Shown here: positions 49,148-59,728 of the stretch, one piece after another
Layout: each line of letters begins with the position of its first letter
Position numbering within the stretch: the first letter of the stretch is position 1
DNA from: an uncultured Planctomycetota bacterium
Lineage (GTDB): Bacteria; Planctomycetota; Planctomycetia; Gemmatales; Gemmataceae
DNA: 64,000 bases
Direction: 5' to 3'
NCBI GenBank assembly: GCA_963849325.1
Contig: CAWKHF010000008.1
Span: 128,001 to 192,000, forward strand
The notes under the pieces: model-generated
Told to the model about the DNA's origin: nothing
Seen by the model: the letters and a program-made list of their open reading frames with translations, nothing else
Database searches by the model: none
Made by a program: the position numbers and the translations under genes

Positions 49148-50801
49148 GTGCTCATGCCGCTGCGTCCCGCGCGCCTGGCCCTGTCGGTCGGGTGGTGCCG
49201 TCTGCTGGCCGCTTGCCTGATCGCCGGGGCGGCCGCTCTCCACCTGGCTTACCTGGCCCACGATTGCCCGCTCGACCTCGCCCCGGATGAGGCCCATTAC
49301 TGGGACTGGTCGCGCCATCTCGATTGGAGCTACTACAGCAAAGGGCCGCTCGTCGCCTATCTCATCCGCGGCGGCTGCGAGCTGGCCGGCCGATGGTCCG
49401 TCGCACACACCGGCAATCTCGCCTTCGCCGTGCGCCTGCCCGCCGTCGTCTGCGGTAGTCTGCTGCTCTTGAGCCTGTACGTCCTCACCGTGCAGGTGTA
49501 CCGCCGCGAGACGCTGGCGCTGGCGGTCGTCGGCATGGCCCTGACGCTGCCGGTCATCGCCGTCGGCTCGTCGCTCATGACCATCGACGCGCCGTACACC
49601 TGCTGCTGGGGCTGGGCGCTGGTGCTGGGACATCGCGCCATCTTCCGCGGCTCGAAATGGGCCTGGCCGCTTCTGGGCGTCGTGCTCGGGCTGGGCATGT
49701 TGGCCAAGTACACCATGATCGTCTGGATGCCGTCGGCCGGGCTGTTCCTGCTGACGACGCCGGCGTATCGGCGGTTGTTGTGGGGCCGCGGCTTCTGGTG
49801 CATGGTCGCCGTCGCCGGCCTGTGCTGTCTGCCGATCCTCATCTGGAACGCCCAACACGACTGGGTGACGTTCCGCCACGTCCTGGGGCTGTCCGGGCTG
49901 CATGACATGGCTCAGCCGCGCGACGAGTCGCGCATCCACTGGCTGGGACCGTTGACCTACGTGGGCGAGCAGTGCGCCCTGCTCTTGGTGTACTGGTTCG
50001 TCGTCTGGGCGGCGGCGATGATCGCGCATCGGCCATGGCGCGAGCCGGACGCCGGCATCCGCTATCTGTGGTGGCTGTCGGCGCCGATGTTTCTGATGTT
50101 CGGGGCTTTCAGTCCCAAGACGGGCGGCGGCGAGATGAACTGGCCGGTGACGGCGTACCTGTCGGGCCTGGTGCTGTCGGCGGCGTGGCTGGCGCGGCAG
50201 TTCGATTCGCCGCGGCGCTGGTATCGCGTCTGGACGGCGATCAACCTGGGGCTGGCGTGCCTGGCCGGCGTGCTGGTGACGCTGTTCATGCACCACAGCC
50301 GCTGGCTGTATCCGGTGCTGACGCCGTTGGCCGGGGCACCGACCGCGAACGAACCTCTTCCCGCTGCGCCGCTTCGATCCGACGTGCCGGCTGCGCGGCT
50401 GGCGGACGCTGGCGGCGAAGGTCGATCAACTCCGCGCCGCGATCGCGGCCGACGATGGCGTCGAGCCGGTGCTGGCCGGGTCGAGCTGGAACTTGCCGGG
50501 CGAGCTGGGCGTCTACTGCGCCGGCCATCCCCAGGCGTATTCGCTCGGCCTGAGCATGGGCGACCGCCATAGCCAGTACGATCTGTGGCAAAACCCTCTC
50601 GACAACGGCGACGCTTTCCAGGGCCGGACCTTCGTCGTCGTCAACGGCGATGAGAAGGTGCTGCGCCAGGCGTTCGCCACGGTGGCGACCACGGAGGTGA
50701 AGTACGACGAACAGGGGCAACCGATCTCGTCGTGGCGCTTGTCGGTGTGCCGGGACTTCCGGGGGCGCTTGCCGCGGCCGGAGGGGGTGCGCGATTTTTG
50801 A
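49148..50801 (+). CDS. GT-C glycosyltransferase (ArnT/PMT-like); frameshift near 50360
   Basis: LAPDEAHYWDWSRHLDWSYYSKGP, AVRLPA, TIDAP, LAKYT and WNAQHDW motifs; many TM helices. Confidence 0.88.
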
Positions 50802-50804
50802 TCA

Positions 50805-50858
50805 GAGCCCGCAGCGTCAGCGAGGGTTTTCGCCTGCCCTCGCTGACGCTGCGGGCTC
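50805..50858. repeat. REP-like palindrome
   Basis: GAGCCCGCAGCGTCAGCGAGGG / CCCTCGCTGACGCTGCGGGCTC. Confidence 0.85.
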
Positions 50859-50929
50859 CGTCAGCCGCACCTTCGCCGGATCGTTGGGGAAGTTCTACTT
50901 CTGCTCGAACTCGCGCGGGGTCAGCGTTC
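50856..50929 (-). pseudogene. Remnant copy of the 3' end of the kinase-WD40 gene
   Basis: Translates [23 protein letters not shown] versus the intact [25 protein letters not shown] at 51425-51504. Confidence 0.75.
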
Positions 50930-51106
50930 GGCGGCGTCGGCCTCGCCCCGGCCGCGCATCTTTAACAGCGTGAGGATTTCATCGACCACGTAATCCGTCG
51001 TGAGCAGCGGCAGTCGATTCTCCTTCAGCCAGGCGGCCGCCGCCGCGTGGTTGGGATCGCTGGGCACGACCGACGCATACCAGGCGCTGGTATCGACAAA
51101 GATCAT
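50921..51106 (-). pseudogene. Truncated PIN/VapC toxin (61 codons)
   Basis: MIFVDTSAWYA...DPNH...TTDYVVDEILTLL, then runs into the kinase remnant. Confidence 0.75.
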
Positions 51107-51353
51107 CCCCCCTCGCGCTCTCGTAAAGCACCCGATCATGTTCGCTGCCGGAGAAGCCACCATCGTTCCCTTGCGGCGGCAGCGCCGCGATCCGGGCCAG
51201 CGCCGTCGCCGCGCCTTCGGACTCCACCGAAGGAGTCGCCGCCTCCCGCCGCGTTACCAGAAGGATCTCGACCGTCTCCCCCTCCCGCAGCCCCGGCGGC
51301 GTCAACGGCCGCAAGATCCCATTCTCGTAAACGGCGTCACAAAGGATCGTCAT
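51103..51353 (-). CDS. AF2212/DUF104-family antitoxin; 3' end uncertain
   Basis: DAVYENGILRPLTPPGLREGETVEI; SGSEHDRVLY. Confidence 0.8.
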
Positions 51354-51424
51354 GGCTTCCTCCCGATCGGGCGACGGAATGCATCCACGCGCTCACCCCG
51401 TGTCGCTGTATTCTATCTCCCGGA

Positions 51425-54400
51425 TCATTTCTCCGTCAGTCGTACCTTGGCCGGATCGTTCCGAAAGCCGTACTTGCGCTCGAAATCGGCCGGCTCCAGC
51501 GTTTCTTGCGTGCCATCGTCCTTTTCCACCACCATGACGATGCCGCGTTCGACGCGACTGTTGCCGGTGTAATGGCCGTCGGCCGTGAAGGTCAAACCGT
51601 TGTTTCGCCGGCCCAGCATCCGGACGCCGAGCAGCCGGCCGCTGTCGGTCTCCCAGATGAACAGCCGCTCGCCGGATAGTCCCGCCAGGCGTTTGCCGTC
51701 CGGCGAAAAGGCGATCTGCGACGCGCCGCCTGCCAGCGGCAGCTTGCGCACACGCTCGCGCAGGTCGGCACGCCACAAGTCGATGCCGTCGAAGCAGGAT
51801 TTCGCGAGAAGTCGGCCGTCCGGCGACCAGATCGGATGAGCCAGATACATGCCGTGCCCGTAGGGCAAGAGAGCGCCGTCCTTGCCGTCGGCCAGGTCGC
51901 GCAGCCGATATGCCTCTTTTTCGCTGGGGGCCACCAGCGCCGAGCGTCCATCCGGCGTCAGTTCGAACCAAGAGACCTTCCACTGTTTGGGATCGTTGGC
52001 GAGGAGACTCTTTTCGAGATCCCAAACGTGCCAACCAACCTCCGGGACGTTGAAGGTGAGGAGCCGGCCGTCCGCCGACCATTTCACGCTCTCGGCCGCG
52101 CCGGCGAACGGGCCCAACTCGCGGTCGCGCTTTCCCTTGGCCGCGTCCCAGATCAGCACTCGTTTCTCGCCGGCGGCGGTGGAGGCCAGGTGTTTGCCGT
52201 CCGGCGACCAGGCCAGCGACGTGATCTCGGCCTTGTGTTCGGCCAAGGTGAGATGGAGCGTGCCGCCGGCGTGCCACAATTGCACCGTGTTGTCCGGCCC
52301 TTGAGCGGCCAGGTGCTTGCCGTCCGGCGCCCACGCCATCGGCCAGGTCCTTGGTTCTTCGGCCAGGTTGCTGGCTTCAACTCCGCGAAGACTTGGCCAT
52401 TATTCGCCGAGGCCAGGAAGGTGCCGAAACGCTCCGCCAACGTCAGCGTCCGGCCGTCCGGCGACCAGGCGAAGCCGTAGATGCCCGTGCCGTCGGTCAG
52501 TGTCAGCAGCCGTTTGCCGGTAGCGGCGTCGTAGAGACGGACCCAAGGTTCGCCGTTGGCGCGCGCGATGGTCGTGCCGTCCGGCGACCACGCCATCCAC
52601 GAAGTGCCGCCATCGGCCAGGCGGCGCGACTCCGCGCCGGCGGCGACGTCGATCACCTCGGTGGTTCCGAGTAGATCCCGGTTGAACACCAGGCTGCGGC
52701 CATCCGGCGACCAAACCGGCTCATCGTTCGGCATGACGACCTTGGAATAATGCAAGACTTCTTTGCGGCTTTCCACGTCCCAGACGTGCAGGCCGTCCTG
52801 CTCGGTACAGGCCAGGCGTTTGCCGTCCGGCGACCAGCCGAGCCGTCCGACGGAGGCCGGCGCGGTCAGCCGGCTCACTTCCTTGCCCGTGTCCGCGTCC
52901 CAGATGAGAATGTGGTTGGCGTCGCCGGGCGTCGCCAGGCGTCGGCTGTCGGGAGAAAACGCCGGCCTCTCGCCTGGGCAGGCGACCGGCGGCGCATGCA
53001 GGAGCTTGCCCGTGGTGGCCTCCCAGGTACACAACCGCCCCGCGCCTCCCCAGGACCGCACCTTTCGGCCGTCCGGCGACCAGGCGAGAGCGAAGATGAA
53101 GTCGGCGACGGGGCATTCCAGCGTGCGCAACAGTCGGCCAGTGTCTGCGTCCCAGAGCTGCACGGCCCCGAGCACTAGCCCCGATCCCACCGCCAGCACT
53201 CGTCCATCGGGCGACCAGGCCAGCGACACCGCCCCGGCCACCGGAAAGAGCACTCGCTCCAGCCGTCCGGTCTTCGCCTCCCAGATGTGTACGGTCCCGT
53301 CCCAGCATCCGACCGCCAGGCGCTGGCTATCCGGCCGATAGGCGACGGCCGACGGCGTTCCCGTCTCGCGCCGCGCGATACTCCAGCTGCGCACGCCAGG
53401 TAGCTTGGCCGGCTGCTGCACCAAAGCGAACGCGGAAAGCGGTTCGCCGGCCGCCCGCGGAGCGAGCGGCTCCGGCTCGATGCGCACGCTCGGTTTCGCC
53501 GCCGGACGTTTCTTCGCCTCGTCCTTGTTCTTGCCCTCATCCTGGATGGTGACGCTGCCGCCCTTGGGCACGGGCACCTCGGCCACCTTTTTCCCATCCT
53601 TATCGCGGATGATGACGACGATGGCCGCCACCGCCGCGCCGACCAGCACCAGCAGCAGCGCGGCCGACAACCATCGACGAACGGGCGGCGTCAGGCGGAG
53701 GATCGGACCCTCTTCCGTTGGCGCCAGGCGGATGACGGAACCCTCCTCTGTCTGGATCATCTGACTGAAGGGGTTCTCCTCCATCGACGGACGAGGGCCG
53801 CTCGCCATCTGTACCGTGCCCTCGTTCGCCGGCTGCGTCGCCTCGCGCTCGACGATCGCCAGCTCGTCGGCCACCGCCCTCGCTGTCTTGGGACGCTGCT
53901 CGCGGTCCTTCGCCAGCAAGCGCTCGATCAGCGCCGCCATGCGCGGCGGGATGTTCGGATTGACCTCGCGCGGCGCTTTCGGCGTGTCCAATGCCAGGGC
54001 GGTGAGGATGGACATGGTGTTGGCGCCGCGAAACGGCAGTTGACCCGTCGTCAGTCGATACAGCACCACGCCGAGACTGAACAGATCGCAGCGATAATCG
54101 ACCTTGTCGCCGCGCCTGCTCGGGGGCCATGTACGCCGGCGTGCCGACGATGGCGCCGCTCTGCGTCAGGTGGACCTCCTCGGCGTTGCCGCGGGCCAGG
54201 CCGAAGTCGAGCAGCTTGGCGCGGCCCTGGTGTGCGCTGTCCAGCCAGACGTTGCCCGGCTTGATGTCGCGGTGGATCAGACCGCAGCCGTGGCGCATCC
54301 GCCAGACCGAGGGCGATCTGCCGGCCAATGCGCGCCGCCTGGGCCAGCGTCGGCTGGCGTCCCTTCTTCAACCAGTCGTCCAGCGACATACCTTTGAGGA

Positions 54401-54995
54401 ACTCCATCGCCAGGAAGACGACTTGCCGGTCCTCGCCGACCTGGTAGACGTTGACGACGTGATCGCTCTGGAGCTTGGCGGCGGCGCGCGCCTCGCGCAG
54501 GAAGCGTTCGCGGGCGGTGGGGTTCCGGGCCACCTCCGGCTTCATGACCTTCAGCGCGACGGGGCGTTGCAGATGGATGTCTTCGCCCTGGTAGACCATG
54601 CCCATGCCGCCGGCGCCGAGCACCTTCAGCACGCGATAGCCGCCCAGCCGGCCGATCTCGCCTGGACCCTGCGGCGGAGCCAGGCCGGCCAACGCATCGC
54701 CGTCGCTCTTCTTGTCGTTGGGCAAGCCCCGGCTGGCGTCGTCGCCGGGCGAACGCAACTGCGACAACTTGTCCATCAGTCCGGCCAGTTCCGGCGGATC
54801 GGTGGGCGAGGGAGCGGCGGCTTTGCGTAGCGAACCGATCAGCGTATCGTCCTTGACCAGTCCCGCCATCGTCGCGGTCATCTCGGGGTGCTGTTCGAGA
54901 TAGCGTTCGATAGGCTCGGCCTCCTTCTCGCTCAGTTGGCCGAGGAGGAAGCGTTTGAGGAGCTGTTCGTCGGGAACGGCGTTGTCGGGACGCAT
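51425..54995 (-). CDS. Membrane Ser/Thr kinase with C-terminal WD40 repeats; several frameshifts
   Basis: [25 protein letters not shown] and GTPAYMAPE motifs; TM segment; many LAWSPDG repeats. Confidence 0.9.
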
Positions 54996-55012
54996 ATCGA
55001 AGCCTCCGATTC

Positions 55013-55070
55013 TTGTTTAGCCGCGACGCGCAGCGGAGCGCGGCCCGCGCTCCGCTGCGCGGCTAAACAA
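55013..55070. repeat. REP-like palindrome, TTTAGCCGCGACG family (short deletion in right arm)
   Basis: Matches 9434. Confidence 0.85.
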
Positions 55071-55124
55071 AAGTACGCAGCGAAAGGGCAAAACCTGTCG
55101 CGCGGCAACAAACATTTCTGTTCG

Positions 55125-55690
55125 TCAATCGATCAATCCTTCCAGCTCCGCGCGAGGCGGCGCAGGACGCGGCCGCGCGCCAGGTACACCGCGTTGGGCG
55201 TCAGACCGAACTCGCGGGCCACGTCCACCGCCGGCCGTCCCTCCACCACCGTCGCCCAGAACGACCGCCAGGTGGCCGGCGCGAACTCACTGCGGATCAA
55301 GTGCAGGGCACGGCTACAGAGGTGGGAGCGATACTCCGCCTCCTCCACGGCGGCGGGTCCGTCCTCGCCCACGCGCTCGGCCAGCTTCGCCTCGACGTCG
55401 CCCAACGGCACGGCGATGCGCCGCCGCCGCCAATCGCGCCACTTGTTACGCGTCAGAGTGAACAACCAGGCCCGGAAGCTGCGCTGGCGGTCGTAATGGA
55501 AATGAGGCAGAGCTTGACAGAGACCGAGGAACACTTCTTGCACCAGGTCGGCGGCGTCCGCCGATTGCAGGCCCAGTTGCCGCGCCGAGTAGTAGAGAAG
55601 CGGAGTATAGAGATGGACGAACTGTTTCCAGGCGGCGGCGTCGTCCGGCCGCCGCACGCGCTCCAGCAACGTCGCCGGCGTCGAGTGCAT
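55125..55690 (-). CDS. ECF sigma-70 factor, kinase-associated; frameshift near 3' end
   Basis: STPATLLERV, AWKQFVHLYTPLL, DAADLVQEVF, SFRAWL and AVYLARGRVLRRL motifs. Confidence 0.9.
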
Positions 55691-55767
55691 GGATGGTCCC
55701 CGAAACCGATAATTTGGATCGAGAACCAGCATACTCGACCGCGAAGGGCGAGGGAAGTGCCTGACCA

Positions 55768-55814
55768 ACCCGGAGCGCCAGCGACAGGTTTTCCCGTCGC
55801 TGGCGCTCCGGGCT
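55768..55814. repeat. REP-like palindrome
   Basis: CCCGGAGCGCCAGCGAC / GTCGCTGGCGCTCCGGG. Confidence 0.85.
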
Positions 55815-55828
55815 AGTGCGGGAGAAAA

Positions 55829-56866
55829 TCACTTCCCCATCAGCTTTTCGAGAACGTACATCTCCAACCCCTCGTAATTGCGCTCGCCGCGGTACTGTTC
55901 GACCTTGGCCGCATCGACCGAGCGCACCACCTCCAGCAGACGCAGGAACATCTGCCGGCTGTTGGCGAGGTGCCTGCGTCTGGTCGGCCTGCTTCGTCGT
56001 GCGCATCGCCTTGACGTCCAGGCCGATGCAGCCGTCGTAGCCGGCCGCGCTCCAGCACCCAGACCGGGTTGAAGGCCCGCCGCAGATCGACCGAGCCGAA
56101 CGTCTTGTCCTGGTCGTATTTCAAGCCGTTCTGGTCGTTGAGATGGACGCTCCACAGCTTCTTGTGCCACAGGGCGTAGGCCATGTCGTCGGACGGATCG
56201 AGGCCGGCCAGGATCGAGTGGGCCGACTCGATCAGCACGCCGCAGCGCGACGGATCGCTGGCGCGGTAGCACAGGGCGAGGAAGTGGCCGGGCGTCGGCA
56301 GGTACGCCTGGTCCATCGGCTCGTTCGGCTTCATCTCGCCGAGGATGCGGATGTTCGGGTCGTGGGCCAGCAGGGCGTTGACCGCGTCCAGGATGCGCTC
56401 GTAGGACGTCGACGGGATCCTTGGCCTCGCGGATGTAGGTGCCCTCGCGGGCCAGCCACAGGACGATGTCGCGGCAGCCGAGGCCGTTGGCGATGTCGAT
56501 GGTGCGCTTGGAGCGCTCGATGGCGTACTTGCGCTCGGCGGCGCTGTTGGAGGTGTAGCCGCCGTCGATGGTCTTGGGGTGCTCCCACAGGCGCGGGGCG
56601 AGGAACTCGCAGAACAGCCCCTCGCCGTCGAGCATTTTCTTGACCTTGGCGACGCCCTTCTGCGTCTCGGCGGGGCCGAGGTCGGCGGGCACCACGTCGT
56701 CATCGTGGAACTGCACGCCGTCGAAGCCGAGTTTCTTGTATTCGCGGATTTTGGCGGCGAAAGCGACCTCCTTGCGCACCGGCGGGCCGAAGGGATCGGC
56801 GCCGGTGCTGATGTTCCAGGGGCCGAAGGTGAAGCGGTAGCTGCGCGGCTTGGAGAGAGCGGCCAT
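55829..56866 (-). CDS. xylA: Xylose-isomerase-like TIM-barrel protein; frameshifts
   Basis: FTFGPW..GADPFG, QFHDDD, VLWLAREG, EMKPNEP, ESAH, HLNDQNGLKYDQD motifs. Confidence 0.75.
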   Translation of the reverse strand: MAALSKPRSYRFTFGPWNISTGADPFGPPVRKEVAFAAKIREYKKLGFDGVQFHDDDVVPADLGPAETQKGVAKVKKMLDGEGLFCEFLAPRLWEHPKTIDGGYTSNSAAERKYAIERSKRTIDIANGLGCRDIVLWLAREGTYIREAKDPVDVLRAHPGRGQRPAGPRPEHPHPRRDEAERADGPGVPADARPLPRPVLPRQRSVALRRADRVGPLDPGRPRSVRRHGLRPVAQEAVERPSQRPERLEIRPGQDVRLGRSAAGLQPGLGAGARPATTAASAWTSRRCARRSRPTRRRHLANSRQMFLRLLEVVRSVDAAKVEQYRGERNYEGLEMYVLEKLMGK

Positions 56867-56986
56867 TCAAGTTTTCTCCTTTGACGGTCGATGAATGCGG
56901 GAGTATTCTATTGTCTGCGACCGCCCCGAGAGACTCGACTCAGGGATGTAGGATTCGTGCGGTCGTGTTCTTTCCCCGGGTGCAAC

Positions 56987-57271
56987 GTGGATCGTTTGAC
57001 GATCAAGTGTGCCAGTTGCGGCCAGGCGTGGTTGGCCGCCGCCCCCTTTTCGGTGTACGAGCAACAAGCCGTGGAGTCGTGTCCCTGTCCGCACTGCGGC
57101 GCCTACACGCTCTGCTGCCGCGAGCCGAGCGACCTCGTTCCACTCGTCGCCCTGGTCACAGCCCGGCCAGGGCACGGACCCTGCACGCGCACTGATGTGC
57201 CTTGGCATTGTAGTTCGTTTAGCCGCGACGCGCAGCGCGAACGCGCTTCCGCTCGCTGCGTTCGCGGCTAA
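56987..57271 (+). CDS. Small Cys-rich (zinc-ribbon-like) hypothetical protein
   Basis: CASC...CPCPHC...CC; stop lies in a REP; start uncertain. Confidence 0.45.
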   Translation: MDRLTIKCASCGQAWLAAAPFSVYEQQAVESCPCPHCGAYTLCCREPSDLVPLVALVTARPGHGPCTRTDVPWHCSSFSRDAQRERASARCVRG

Positions 57272-57273
57272 AC
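57217..57273. repeat. Degenerate REP-like palindrome, TTTAGCCGCGACG family
   Basis: Partial match to 9434. Confidence 0.8.
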
Positions 57274-57282
57274 TGATTCGTC

Positions 57283-58298
57283 TCACATCCGCACTTCCAG
57301 CGCCCGCGCGATCTTGCGGCAGTCCGCCATCATCTGGCGGAAGGCGGCCGGCGTCAGCGACTGGTAGCCGTCGCTCAGCGCCTTGTCCGGGTTGGGGTGG
57401 ATCTCGACGATCAGTCCATCCGCGCCCGCCGCCACCGCCGCCCGCGCCATCGCCGCCACCAGGCTGGCCTTGCCGGTGCCGTGGCTGGGATCGACCACGA
57501 CCGGCAGGTGCGTGTGCTGGTGCAGATACGGCACGCTCGCCAGCGGCAGCGTGAAGCGCGTGTGGTCCTCGAAGGTGCGGATGCCGCGCTCGCACAGCAT
57601 CACCTGCGTGTTGCCCGTCTTGAGGATGTACTCGGCCGCCAGCAGAAACTCGTCCATCGTCGCCGACGGGCCGCGCTTCAGCAGCACCGGCAGGCTCGAT
57701 TCGCCGACCGCCTCCAGCAGCGGATAGTTCTGCATGTTGCGGGCGCCGACCTGCAACACGTCGGCGTAGCGCGACACCAGCTCGACGTGCTCCTTGGCCA
57801 TCACCTCCGTGACCACCGCCAGGCCGGTCGCCTCGCGCGCCTCGGCCAGCAGCTCCAGGCCCTTCTCCTTGAGTCCCTGGAAGCTGTACGGACTGGTGCG
57901 CGGCTTGAACGCCCCGCCGCGCAGGCCGGCCGCTCCCGCCTCCTTGACGGCGTGGGCGACCTCCAGGATCTGCTCGCGGCTCTCGACCGAACAGGGCCCG
58001 GCGATGACGCCGATCTGTCCGCCGCCGACGCGCAGGCCGCGCGACGTCGACCACGGTCGGCTCTTTCTTCACCTCGGTGCTGGCCATCTTGTACGGCGCC
58101 AGGATCGGGCACCACTTTCTCCACCCCTTCCAGCGTCTCCAGCGCTTGCTTGGCGCCGTCGCGCTTCTCGCCGAGGGCGGCGACGACGGTCAGCTCCGTG
58201 CCTTCGATGACGTGGCTGCGCAAGCCCAGCTGCTCGATGTGCTCGATCACCTGATCGATTTGCTCTTTCGGAGCGCCCTCTTTCATGACGACGATCAT
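57283..58298 (-). CDS. aroF: DAHP synthase, class I-beta, with N-terminal regulatory domain; frameshifts ~58040-58110
   Basis: [60 protein letters not shown] and ALSDG motifs. Confidence 0.93.
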
Positions 58299-58374
58299 GG
58301 CCGTGTCTCCGGCAAGGGAAGGGCGAACGGCCGGCATCCGCCGGCCGCCGGACGCCGGCCGTTCGCCGACATCG

Positions 58375-58412
58375 AAAAAGAGAGGCCCCGATGAGATCGC
58401 ATCGGGGCCTCT
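58375..58412 (-). terminator. Intrinsic terminator
   Basis: Minus strand AGAGGCCCCGATG-CGATCT-CATCGGGGCCTCT followed by CTTTTT. Confidence 0.8.
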
Positions 58413-58451
58413 TACAATTGGCTGCACCCGACGGCAGCCCGTCGGCTGCGT

Positions 58452-58484
58452 CTAGTGCAGCCTCACCTGGTCGCTATTACACAC
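58452..58484 (-). CDS. Putative 10-aa micropeptide MCNSDQVRLH
   Basis: GTG TGT AAT AGC GAC CAG GTG AGG CTG CAC TAG, 8 nt after GGAGG. Confidence 0.45.
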   Translation of the reverse strand: MCNSDQVRLH

Positions 58485-58592
58485 TAAGATCACCTCCTTT
58501 TGCCAGGGTTTCCCCGCCGTCGGCGACAAACCAGCTCACCGACGCGCGGGCTTTAGCCCCTCGCACCACGTTCGTGCGATCCAACCTGGTTT

Positions 58593-58620
58593 ATTGTAAT
58601 CGACCGGGCCAGCGGGTCAA
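58593..58620 (-). promoter_or_regulatory. Sigma70-like promoter
   Basis: -35 TTGACC (58620-58615), 16-nt spacer, -10 TACAAT (58598-58593). Confidence 0.6.
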
Positions 58621-58643
58621 GCGCGGGCGACGAGAAAAAGATA

Positions 58644-58698
58644 CCGAGCCGCGACCGTCGGGGAGCGGAGCTTCCGCTCCCTGACGGTCGCGGCTCGG
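58644..58698. repeat. REP-like palindrome
   Basis: CCGAGCCGCGACCGTCGGGGAGCGG / CCGCTCCCTGACGGTCGCGGCTCGG. Confidence 0.85.
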
Positions 58699-58803
58699 AT
58701 GAGGCCGCAATTTGCTCTGGCAGGCAGCGGGGCGAACGCGCACAATGACGGAGTGGCTGTCCGAAGCAGGAGCAGGATCCCCGATTTGAGGGGAGGATCA
58801 CTT

Positions 58804-59635
58804 ATGTGGGCGAGCTTGGCCTTGATGTCGGCCTTGAATTGGACCCCGGCCCAGGCCGGCCAACTGGAATTGAAGAACGTGCGCGTGACCTATGGCATCC
58901 TCGGCCAGGAGCGCAAGGACACCAACTATTTGCCCGGCGACATGGTCGTGCTGGCCTTCGACATTGAGGGTCTGAAGGTGGCCGCCGACGGCAAAGTGCA
59001 GTACAGCATGAGCATGGAGCTGATCGACAAGGCCGGCAAGTCGGTGTTCAAGAAGGATCCGCAGGAGATGTTGACGGTCAACACGCTGGGCGGCGGCCGA
59101 TTGCCGTCGTTCGCCCTGACCGAGATCGGCACCGACACGGCGCCGGGCACCTACACGATGAACGTGGTAGTCAACGACCTGGCGGCCAAGGACCGTCGGC
59201 GAAGAAGCAGCATAAGTTCGAGGTCAAGCCGAGGCAGTTCGGCATTGTCCGGCCCGGCTTCACCTACAACGACATGAATGAGCGGCAGGTCGGCCGGCCG
59301 CAGATCGCGCCGCCGGTGGCCGTGCCCGGTCAAAACCTGCTGCTCAACTTCGCCGTCGTCGGCTTCGAGCTGCAGCGGCGACAAGCAGGAGCCGAACGTC
59401 AAGGTGACGATGGAGATCAAGGACGAGACCGGCCAGGCCGTGCTGGACAAGCCGTTCACCGGCGTCGGCACGAACATCGACGAGGAGTTCAAGAAACTGC
59501 ACGTCATCCCGTTCCAGTTCCCCATGCAGATCAACCGCGGCGGCAAGTTCCGGATCGTGCTGACGGCCACCGACAAGCACACCAAGAAGACGGCTACCCA
59601 GAGCACTGGATTTCAAGGTAGTCGAGGTGAACTGA
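58804..59635 (+). CDS. Exported hypothetical protein with two Ig-like beta-sandwich repeats; frameshifts
   Basis: GGAGG SD, signal peptide, YLPGD...FDIEGL, PGTYTMNVVVND and GKFRIVLTATD. Confidence 0.7.
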
Positions 59636-59640
59636 GCCTT

Positions 59641-59703
59641 GTTTAGCCGCGACGCGCAGCGGAGCGCGTACTGTCTGCGCTCCGCTGCGCGTCGCGGCTA
59701 AAC
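59641..59703. repeat. REP-like palindrome, TTTAGCCGCGACG family
   Basis: Matches 9434. Confidence 0.9.
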
Positions 59704-59728
59704 GGGTGGGACACGGAGATTCGCACCC

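Larger units (their letters stand above)
58375..58587 (-). ncRNA. Candidate structured small RNA or leader with a perfect extended SD and a 10-codon ORF
   Basis: Promoter-like TTGACC-16-TACAAT, several hairpins, AAAGGAGGTGATC, GTG...TAG, terminator. Confidence 0.6.

Noticed and set aside
58488-58500. GATCACCTCCTTT as the 3' end of a 16S rRNA gene
   Set aside because: No other 16S sequence precedes it. It is better read on the minus strand as an extended SD.
58500-58590. c-di-GMP or c-di-AMP riboswitch, or tmRNA
   Set aside because: Only short fragments (GGGCTAAAG, GGGAAACC) resemble them; the full consensus elements and a tRNA-like end were not found by eye.
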